This document shows positions 1 through 5,219 of a stretch of 5,487 bases of DNA, piece by piece. Origin of the DNA: a virus (Duplodnaviria; Heunggongvirae; Uroviricota; Caudoviricetes); the IMG/VR virus record IMGVR_UViG_3300029521_000124, one strand, 5' to 3'. The notes under the pieces were generated by a model. That model was not told where the DNA came from and did no database searches. It was given only the letters and a program-made list of their open reading frames with translations. Made by a program: the position numbers and the translations under genes. Within the stretch, counting starts at the first letter, position 1; every line of letters begins with the position of its first letter.

Positions 1-70
1 AAAAACTAGTATTAAGACTATCACTTAAATAAGTGATATTGGTTGTCTGGAGATTCAGGGGGCCAGTCTA
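1..70 (-). mobile_element. Terminal ~70 bp of an IS2-like (IS3 family) insertion sequence; outer terminus at 70, body of the element lies beyond the left edge of the window
   Basis: Reverse complement of 1-70 reads TAGACTGGCCCCCTGAATCTCCAGACAACCAATATCACTTATTTAAGTGATAGTCTTAATACTAGTTTTT, which matches my memory of the IS2 left terminal region upstream of its first transposase ORF. Recalled, not searched. Confidence 0.75.
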
Positions 71-391
71 GTCTAAAGGTTCATCGTAAAACATTCCCCA
101 TACTTATCAGTCCGTTCCGCGCCAGGTAGCTCATTGCCTTATCTGGCAACCTGTAATCAGGTTTCCGCTTTTTCAGTTGGCTGGTCGTTTAACCGACATA
201 GTTAATCCATTAATCTAGTTGCCGGATGTTGGTGGATTTTCGCGTTTTAGTTGTTCATAAAAGTGCACAGCTTTAACCAGTTCTTCTGATGTAACTGGGA
301 CTGGTGAGGCAGTGAATAAGGCCTGAATTTGATAGTTCGGCCTGTCGTTACAATCCTCTTTTTTCGGTACATATTTCCAGTCACCAGACCA

Positions 392-502
392 CTACTTCCC
401 CTGAAAGTCCGTAACGCCTTTTTTCACGTAGCGATATCGCCATGCCACTGGTTTTGCTTGCCCCGCCGTTTCATGCCCTTCCTGATAATTAATCTCGCTC
501 AT
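392..502 (-). CDS. Small hypothetical ORF, 36 aa (MSEINYQEGHETAGQAKPVAWRYRYVKKGVTDFQGK), ending at a TAG (392-394); the same frame stays open for 58 more codons to a TAG at 215-217, so this may be the 5' part of an amber-interrupted ~95-codon gene
   Basis: ATG at 502 on minus strand with weak G-rich stretch upstream; charged, protein-like composition. Below the size cutoff of the supplied ORF track; translated by hand. Confidence 0.25.
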   Translation of the reverse strand: MSEINYQEGHETAGQAKPVAWRYRYVKKGVTDFQGK

Positions 503-564
503 TCATCGCCCCACTCATCACAATATGCTTCGACCGGAGTTTTTCCCGCTTCATAGTCATCACG

Positions 565-690
565 CTAGGATTCGACATCAGCAGCACTTCCACCGCGTAA
601 CTCACCATAGTCCATTAATAGTTCATCCCGCTCTTCAAAACTGATGTTATATTTAGCTGAACAAAAATCAGCCACTTTGTTCTTCCTCAT
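565..690 (-). CDS. Small hypothetical ORF, 41 aa (MRKNKVADFCSAKYNISFEERDELLMDYGELRGGSAADVES)
   Basis: ATG at 690, TAG at 565-567, translated by hand; weak ribosome-binding site; acidic small protein typical of phage nin-region-like genes. Could be chance. Confidence 0.25.
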   Translation of the reverse strand: MRKNKVADFCSAKYNISFEERDELLMDYGELRGGSAADVES

Positions 691-739
691 CGTCTTTTAT
701 TTCGTGGTATGAGTAATTGCAGTAGTTAAAGAAAATTTC

Positions 740-850
740 TTATGCTCCGTCATGAATTTCCTCAGGTGTTGCGTCATCGTCCACTTCGAATACATCCTCA
801 AAATCTCCACCAGCTATTCCCGTTTCAATAATAATTTTGAACTTTCGCAT
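740..850 (-). CDS. Small hypothetical ORF, 36 aa (MRKFKIIIETGIAGGDFEDVFEVDDDATPEEIHDGA)
   Basis: ATG at 850, TAA at 740-742; first start in a frame open from 916; preceded by a GC hairpin (858-873) and an AGGAGG at 874-879 (minus sense). Shares the MRK.K N-terminus with the ORF at 565-690. Could be chance. Confidence 0.25.
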   Translation of the reverse strand: MRKFKIIIETGIAGGDFEDVFEVDDDATPEEIHDGA

Positions 851-982
851 TTCACTACCGCCCTTTCGGGCGGCCTCCTGATGTTCTGAGGGTGCAGAAA
901 TCCATCCGGTTAAGGATTAAATTTTATTTACAGAACTGAATTTAATTATTCAGATATACGTATCTGTAGCCTTACGAATCTA

Positions 983-1034
983 CTCACTGGATGCCTCTTT
1001 CATAAAAATAATCCAGTGGGTTTTATCGTTTTTT
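983..1034 (+). terminator. Candidate plus-strand intrinsic terminator: 10-bp stem (983-992 / 1011-1020, one G-U pair) with an 18-nt loop, followed by TTTTATCGTTTTTT (1021-1034)
   Basis: Inverted repeat CTCACTGGAT / ATCCAGTGGG followed by a T-run only on the plus strand. The loop is long, so this is weak; no plus-strand gene is evident upstream. Confidence 0.3.
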
Positions 1035-1112
1035 CCCTGTTCGTTGACAGATAACAGGTTTTCTGTCTGTCAGTGCCAGAATCTGGCTTACCGGTATTTG
1101 CGTTTCATTCCA

Positions 1113-1469
1113 TTAAAAAATCAGAACGCCGTGCGGCCTCAACACCCGAAAGGCTTCTTTAAATCTCTGTCGCGAATCATCACGCCAGGCATCTTTATTC
1201 AGCCGTCCATATTTCTTTCCCATCCAGGCGTTATCACCAACACTCTCAAGATGCGGAGGGTCTAATACAACCATCGAAAAAGATGCGTCTGCAAATGATA
1301 ATGCACGAAAATCTGCGATAATGTCAGGGCTGATAATCAAGCGTCTCCCATTGCGTAATGTGTATCCTTCTTTTCTGATATCGCTGAATATCGCCCGTTC
1401 GTCAGACTTATCGAACCAGAACATGCGGCTGCCACAGCACATATCAAGAATGGTTGCCGGTGCACTCAC
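1113..1469 (-). pseudogene. C-terminally truncated DNA amino-methyltransferase (N6-adenine/N4-cytosine type) fragment, 118 codons; resembles short prophage methyltransferase remnants such as K-12 YfdM
   Basis: Motif I-like LDMCCGSRMF near the N-terminus and motif IV-like VVLDPPH about 57 aa later (gamma-class order), then the ORF stops about 45 aa after DPPH with no target-recognition region. GTG start at 1469 overlaps the upstream gene's stop as GTGA. Sequence left of 1113 is AT-rich and unrelated. Confidence 0.55.
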
Positions 1470-1888
1470 TGCGCCACGTCCTGAAAATTACCCTGATAGA
1501 AAGCCAGTATGCGCTGCATAACTTCGCTCTTCCGGCACTCGCGACAGATTATGTTTAGGCGACTGTCGTAGCGACGTATTTCTCCGTCAGGTGATGACCA
1601 GATAAGGTCCGGATCAACCACAGCAGGTTTCTTCACCTTTGCCCTCGAGAGTTTTTTGCGGGCGTTTTGCCAGTCCTTACGCGCCTGTTCAGAGGGGAAT
1701 AACCCGTAGCCGGAGTTGTATACATCGCCACTGGCTACCAGCTCTCTGGCAAGAACGCTCATCAGATATCTAGTCGCACCTGTTTTAGCTTCCAGTTGCC
1801 GTAACGTCTCACGGCCGCTCTGGCGCACGAGTTCCACCACCTGCCATTTAATTTTTTCCCGCTCTTCTTGTGTAAAAACTTTTGCCAC
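1466..1888 (-). CDS. Hypothetical prophage early protein, 140 aa, unknown function
   Basis: GTG start at 1888 preceded by AAGGGGGA 4 nt upstream (minus sense); stop overlaps the methyltransferase start. No Walker A motif; a possible helix-turn-helix-like stretch (TLRQLEAKTGATRYLMSVLAREL) and a CRECRK element. Position matches the gene after the replication initiator in the CPS-53-type arrangement (from memory). Confidence 0.65.
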   Translation of the reverse strand: MAKVFTQEEREKIKWQVVELVRQSGRETLRQLEAKTGATRYLMSVLARELVASGDVYNSGYGLFPSEQARKDWQNARKKLSRAKVKKPAVVDPDLIWSSPDGEIRRYDSRLNIICRECRKSEVMQRILAFYQGNFQDVAQ

Positions 1889-1928
1889 AAGTCCCCCTTA
1901 AAATTACCTCATGACCTGAAATCAACAC

Positions 1929-2894
1929 TTATCCTCTGAAACCAGGCGGAATTTCTGTATCCGGTTCAGAAATATGATTAACACAACGCTGTACAGGTGA
2001 ACGTCCCAGGCGGATGACCAGTTCGTCCCATTTTTCGCGGAGCTTTGACGGGCTCATGATGTTTTTTACCCAGAATGGATCTCGCTGAACCCGACCAAAC
2101 ATTTCGCAAATTTGTCTGTGGCTTCTGCCATCCAGCATCCGCATTGTGCGCACGTCATTGGCCCAGGCAGTCCAGTTAGGCTCTTTTGGTCGCATGATCT
2201 CGCCATCATCACTGGCTGCCTGTTCGTAGAGACCCACGATCCGCCCCCAGATCCACTGCGCACACGCCAAATCCTCCCTGCTACCCCACTGGCGTTTTTT
2301 CGCACTAAACACAACCGCGTCGGAGTTCCGGGTTAAAAAATCCTGTTCAGTCGTCTGCGGGTCCGGTTGCGAAGCTTCCGGACGAAAAGTGTTTTTATTC
2401 TCTGTAGTAATCTCTGTTGTATTCTCTGTAAGATCATCAGGCCATTTTGACCCGATGACATTGGGTCGTTTTGAACCAATGGAGCGTTTCATTTTGACCT
2501 CTTCCATCGTGTCATTTTGACCTGATGGAGCGGCGCATTTTGAACCGATGGATTCGCTCAATTTGCCACCATCTAAAAGCTCGCTCCCATAGTTGATCGT
2601 GTAGAAATTGGTCATATCGCGCTTTGATTTATTGAGCTTTTCACAACGCAAAAGCCCCAGCGTTTTCAGACTTGCAAACGCGCGCTTTAACGTTGACTCT
2701 GACCAGAATGGGAACTGTTCCAGCCATTGTTCCGTTGTGTTATAAATCCAGCGAACACCATCACATTCCATGCCGGAGTTGGTATCTCTCAACCAGTAGT
2801 GCAGTTGTTGCAAAACAATGGCTTCGTTTAAGCCAATTTTCATTGCCAGCTGCGTGTTTATAACCAGTGGGCGTTCAGCAAAAAGAAGGCTCAT
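1929..2894 (-). CDS. Phage replication initiation protein (lambda O-like replisome organiser) with the origin embedded in its coding sequence
   Basis: The ORF track gives 1929-2948 with a TTG start; I prefer the ATG at 2894 (MSLLFAERPLVINTQ..., GGATGG 5 nt upstream), and an ATG at 2843 is also possible. N-terminal winged-helix-like region (LNEAIVLQQLHYWL...STLKRAFASLKTLGLL); central low-complexity linker with repeated SIGSK/IGSK peptides encoded by the iterons. Confidence 0.8.
   Translation of the reverse strand: MSLLFAERPLVINTQLAMKIGLNEAIVLQQLHYWLRDTNSGMECDGVRWIYNTTEQWLEQFPFWSESTLKRAFASLKTLGLLRCEKLNKSKRDMTNFYTINYGSELLDGGKLSESIGSKCAAPSGQNDTMEEVKMKRSIGSKRPNVIGSKWPDDLTENTTEITTENKNTFRPEASQPDPQTTEQDFLTRNSDAVVFSAKKRQWGSREDLACAQWIWGRIVGLYEQAASDDGEIMRPKEPNWTAWANDVRTMRMLDGRSHRQICEMFGRVQRDPFWVKNIMSPSKLREKWDELVIRLGRSPVQRCVNHISEPDTEIPPGFRG
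2386..2432. repeat. AT-rich segment with three TCTCTGT(A/T) repeats at exactly 12-bp spacing (2399, 2411, 2423); candidate DNA-unwinding element of the prophage origin
   Basis: Directly visible; lies immediately next to the iteron array inside the initiator gene, the same layout as lambda ori within O. Confidence 0.5.
2443..2551. repeat. Iteron array: five direct repeats of about 15 bp, consensus ATTTTGA(A/C)C(C/N)GATGG, spaced 22-25 bp (starts near 2444, 2468, 2491, 2514, 2537); candidate ori iterons bound by the initiator
   Basis: Repeats read directly from the sequence; they sit in frame inside the replication initiator gene. Confidence 0.6.
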
Positions 2895-3396
2895 AATTCC
2901 ATCCAGCTTTTTGTTGGTATTGCTGTCGATACGCAAGTTTGAAAGCAATTGCTTTTTCTATAAGTTCGTCAGTTTCACGATCCACTACGGCAGGATCAGC
3001 AAAAAGCAGTCCGGACTCCACCACATCGCCATATTCTTTGTTTAACCCGGCGATCATGCACGTGATGCTTTTTCCGTCAGTAATTTCACGATACAACCTG
3101 AAATCATTAATCCGGATAGCCTCCATAATTGCAGGCACTAGCGCCGTGAACTTTTCACGCTTATCCCTGGTGTCGATAGCCTTCCAGCGTTCAAATATCT
3201 TCACTCGATTAACGCCAAGCGCTCGCTGATCAATCGCGCCACCTTCATATGTGACACGCTGAACATCGATGTTCGGGCGCTCTTTCAAAGCCCAGAATGC
3301 TTCAGTGATTAATATCGTCGCCTGCTCCTGTGTCATTCCTGGTCGACATATCCAGGCATCCAGAGCCTCACGAGCCTGTTCAGGAGTGATTTTCAT
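2875..3396 (-). CDS. Hypothetical prophage early protein, 173 aa, between the cro-like gene and the replication initiator; possibly a CII-like/YdaT-like regulator (speculative)
   Basis: ATG at 3396 overlaps the dicC 3' end by 17 nt; its stop at 2875-2877 overlaps the preferred initiator start by 20 nt. No recognisable catalytic motif or Walker A. Function assigned only from position. Confidence 0.6.
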   Translation of the reverse strand: MKITPEQAREALDAWICRPGMTQEQATILITEAFWALKERPNIDVQRVTYEGGAIDQRALGVNRVKIFERWKAIDTRDKREKFTALVPAIMEAIRINDFRLYREITDGKSITCMIAGLNKEYGDVVESGLLFADPAVVDRETDELIEKAIAFKLAYRQQYQQKAGWNYEPSFC

Positions 3397-3610
3397 TGTT
3401 CAACCGCCCCGCCCGCTTCGTCTTACGATATTCATCATAAACTTTGGGATCATACTGAAGCTCCCCGCCAGATGCCTCCTGTAGACGCATCGCGCGACCT
3501 TCGGGAACTAAATCCCCTTTCCAGCTATAAAGCGAAGCCAAACGAATACCTGCTGCTTGTGCAAGTTTTGTTTTTGAACCGAAATACAAAAGAGCGTCAG
3601 TTTTAAGCAT
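3380..3610 (-). CDS. dicC: Cro-like HTH regulator DicC, 76 aa
   Basis: Protein MLKTDALLYFGSKTKLAQAAGIRLASLYSWKGDLVPEGRAMRLQEASGG... matches my memory of E. coli DicC. ATG at 3610 with AAGGTG 6-7 nt upstream; divergent from dicA. Confidence 0.88.
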   Translation of the reverse strand: MLKTDALLYFGSKTKLAQAAGIRLASLYSWKGDLVPEGRAMRLQEASGGELQYDPKVYDEYRKTKRAGRLNNENHS

Positions 3611-3693
3611 TTAAAACACCTTTATTGTTAGTCATAACTAACAAGATAGATGTTAACAAAAACATAGTCAATACGATTTAGCATTAGCTAACT
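3611..3693. promoter_or_regulatory. Divergent dicC/dicA promoter-operator region
   Basis: 83-bp AT-rich spacer between divergent start codons. Near-palindrome TTGTTAGTCATAACTAACAA at 3625-3644; candidate minus-strand promoter with -35 TTGACT (3671-3666) and -10 TATCTT (3648-3643) overlapping that palindrome; TTAGCTAA palindrome at 3684-3691 just before the dicA ATG, which has no obvious SD. Confidence 0.6.
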
Positions 3694-4101
3694 ATGGAAA
3701 CAAAAAATTTAACTATCGGCGAACGCATCAGGTATCGTCGGAAAAACCTCAAACACACCCAAAGGTCTCTTGCTAAAGCCCTGAAAATCTCCCATGTGTC
3801 TGTATCACAATGGGAACGGGGTGATAGTGAACCTACAGGGAAGAACCTTTTTGCCCTCAGCAAAGTATTGCAATGCTCACCAACATGGATTCTATTTGGC
3901 GATGAAGACAAGCAACCAACACCACCTGTTGAGAAGCCAGTTGCCTTATCCCCCAAAGAACTAGAGCTCCTTGAGCTGTTTAATGCACTGCCAGAATCAG
4001 AACAGGATACCCAGCTCGCCGAAATGCGAGCTCGAGTAAAAAACTTCAATAAACTCTTTGAAGAATTACTAAAAGCCCGTCAGCGGACAAATAAAAGATA
4101 A
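3694..4101 (+). CDS. dicA: XRE-family HTH repressor DicA (CI-like, no peptidase domain), 135 aa
   Basis: Protein METKNLTIGERIRYRRKNLKHTQRSLAKALKISHVSVSQWERGDSEPTGKNLFALSKVL... matches my memory of E. coli DicA; N-terminal HTH; divergent from the cro-like gene. Confidence 0.88.
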   Translation: METKNLTIGERIRYRRKNLKHTQRSLAKALKISHVSVSQWERGDSEPTGKNLFALSKVLQCSPTWILFGDEDKQPTPPVEKPVALSPKELELLELFNALPESEQDTQLAEMRARVKNFNKLFEELLKARQRTNKR

Positions 4102-4161
4102 CATCATCAATGAGTTATCTTTTACCACATCAATTGTGTTAGCTATAGCATACAAAATCAC

Positions 4162-4190
4162 TTGACCGATATGTTAGTCATGGCTAATCT
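4162..4190 (+). promoter_or_regulatory. Candidate sigma-70 promoter for the ydfA operon with an overlapping DicA operator-like site
   Basis: -35 TTGACC (4162-4167), 17-bp spacer, -10 TAATCT (4185-4190). The spacer/-10 contains TGTTAGTCATGGCTAA (4172-4187), sharing the 10-mer TGTTAGTCAT with the palindrome at 3625-3644. In K-12 the dicB operon promoter is DicA-repressed. Confidence 0.45.
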
Positions 4191-4267
4191 TGTTTGCATC
4201 AACACACCGCACGGTGTTCTCAGCAAACAGTTCCGCTACCCCAGCGTTAAGGGGAAATGAGGTCAGC

Positions 4268-4423
4268 ATGGATACTATCGATCTTGGCAACAACGAATCT
4301 CTGGTGTACGGCGTGTTTCCAAACCAGGACGGCACGTTCACCGCAATGACGTATACCAAAAGCAAAACGTTTAAAACCGAAAATGGTGCCCGTCGCTGGC
4401 TGGAAAGAAACTCAGGTGAGTGA
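4268..4423 (+). CDS. ydfA: YdfA-like small protein, 51 aa (MDTIDLGNNESLVYGVFPNQDGTFTAMTYTKSKTFKTENGARRWLERNSGE)
   Basis: ATG at 4268 with GAGG 5 nt upstream; the track ORF 4190-4423 is the same frame with a spurious N-terminal extension. Matches my memory of Qin prophage YdfA. Confidence 0.85.
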   Translation: MDTIDLGNNESLVYGVFPNQDGTFTAMTYTKSKTFKTENGARRWLERNSGE

Positions 4424-4424
4424 T

Positions 4425-4553
4425 ATGGATTTCGACACAATCATGGAAAAGGCTTACGAAGAATACTTCGAAGGCCTTGCCGAAGGCGAAGAAGCTCTCA
4501 GCTTCAGTGAGTTTAAACAGGCGCTTTCCAGTTCGGCAAAATCTAACGGCTGA
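4425..4553 (+). CDS. ydfB: YdfB-like small acidic protein, 42 aa (MDFDTIMEKAYEEYFEGLAEGEEALSFSEFKQALSSSAKSNG)
   Basis: Below the ORF-track cutoff; translated by hand. ATG at 4425 one nt after the ydfA stop (TGAtATG), AGGTGA upstream. Matches my memory of YdfB. Confidence 0.8.
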   Translation: MDFDTIMEKAYEEYFEGLAEGEEALSFSEFKQALSSSAKSNG

Positions 4554-4582
4554 TAAGCGAAACAGCACCGCGAGGAATCAGT

Positions 4583-4801
4583 ATGCAGAAACGAGAACCC
4601 GTCATCATCGCGCCAGACTATACCGATGATGAACTTTATGAGTGGATACACCAGAAAATTAAGGCTGCGCAGGACCTGAAATGGGCCAATGAAGCCAGGG
4701 CTAAGCAGGCTGAAAATCTGTCCGCTCTGGAGCAGGATATCACCAGGCTGGAAAAAGCAGCGGCATTAAGCATTGCCAGAATGATTACATACCCGCGTTA
4801 A
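4583..4801 (+). CDS. ydfC: YdfC-like protein, 72 aa
   Basis: ATG at 4583 with GAGG upstream; protein MQKREPVIIAPDYTDDELYEWIHQKIKAAQDLKW... matches my memory of YdfC. Confidence 0.85.
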   Translation: MQKREPVIIAPDYTDDELYEWIHQKIKAAQDLKWANEARAKQAENLSALEQDITRLEKAAALSIARMITYPR

Positions 4802-4823
4802 TAGCTAACCAACGAGGCTAATA

Positions 4824-5198
4824 ATGGAATTTAAAGATTTACCAATGCCATTCCAGGAAATGGCAGCGAATGTGGTTCGCTCTCAACTGGCGACTCTTGA
4901 CCTGAGTACCGTAGAAAAAGAAACCATCGACAATATATCCGGTAACGTACGCCGAGCCTTTATCGGGCTGTACGAAGAGAAGCAGCTCTCTGATAACCAG
5001 GATTTACATGAAAAATACTTTCTGGAATTAATGGACATCATTAATAAAGGATTTGGCTTGTTAATGAAAAAGAAAGGGATTCGAATAGCTCCCCTTGAAA
5101 ATCATTTTACAGCAAGCAGTATTAATTCCTGTGATTTAAAGCATCACACATCCGATGGGAAAGTTGAATCAAACAACAAAATATCAATTAATCATTAA
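4824..5198 (+). CDS. Hypothetical protein, 124 aa, unrecognised; last gene of the DicA-controlled plus-strand operon within the window
   Basis: ATG at 4824 with GAGG 6 nt upstream, 22 nt after the ydfC stop. No motif I recognise. The 3' third (from about 5040) is markedly AT-rich compared with the 5' part. Confidence 0.6.
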   Translation: MEFKDLPMPFQEMAANVVRSQLATLDLSTVEKETIDNISGNVRRAFIGLYEEKQLSDNQDLHEKYFLELMDIINKGFGLLMKKKGIRIAPLENHFTASSINSCDLKHHTSDGKVESNNKISINH

Positions 5199-5219
5199 TT
5201 TATTCACAGGTGAGGTAGA

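Noticed and set aside
329-556. Plus-strand ORF, 75 aa
   Set aside because: TTG start, no RBS, hydrophobic/Pro/Phe-rich junk-like sequence; antisense to the more protein-like minus-strand small ORF.
1044-1072. TTGACA as a -35 box of a plus-strand promoter
   Set aside because: No acceptable -10 hexamer at 16-18 bp spacing; the motif is part of an inverted repeat instead.
1044-1265. Plus-strand ORF, 73 aa
   Set aside because: TTG start within a TTGACA motif, no RBS; antisense to the methyltransferase fragment.
1321-1521. Plus-strand ORF, 66 aa
   Set aside because: Antisense to the methyltransferase fragment and 140-aa gene; no RBS.
1716-1901. Plus-strand ORF, 61 aa
   Set aside because: Entirely antisense to the 140-aa gene; no RBS.
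2066-2336. ORFs 2066-2314 (-) and 2112-2336 (+)
   Set aside because: Alternative-frame or antisense ORFs inside the replication initiator gene; Gly/Arg-rich, no independent RBS.
2443-2551. Possible CRISPR array
   Set aside because: Repeats are short, imperfect, closely spaced and in frame within a replication initiator gene, which is the signature of ori iterons.
1929-2948. Long 339-aa version of the replication initiator
   Set aside because: Requires a TTG start and a 74-nt overlap with the upstream 173-aa gene; the ATG at 2894 with an SD-like GGATGG is preferred (ATG at 2843 also possible).
2672-3229. Plus-strand ORFs 2672-2863, 2818-3045 and 2939-3229
   Set aside because: Antisense to the initiator and 173-aa genes; no RBS; low-complexity translations.
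3269-3484. Plus-strand ORF, 71 aa
   Set aside because: Antisense to the 173-aa gene and the dicC 3' end.
3684-4049. Minus-strand ORF, 121 aa
   Set aside because: Antisense to dicA; Ser-rich low-complexity translation; would begin inside the operator region without an RBS.
4190-4267. N-terminal extension of the ydfA ORF (77-aa version)
   Set aside because: The upstream ATG lies inside the candidate -10 with no RBS; the internal ATG at 4268 has a GAGG SD and gives the expected 51-aa YdfA.
4174-4651. ORFs 4174-4440 (-), 4371-4568 (-), 4454-4651 (-) and 4420-4629 (+)
   Set aside because: Antisense or out of frame relative to the well-supported ydfA/ydfB/ydfC genes.
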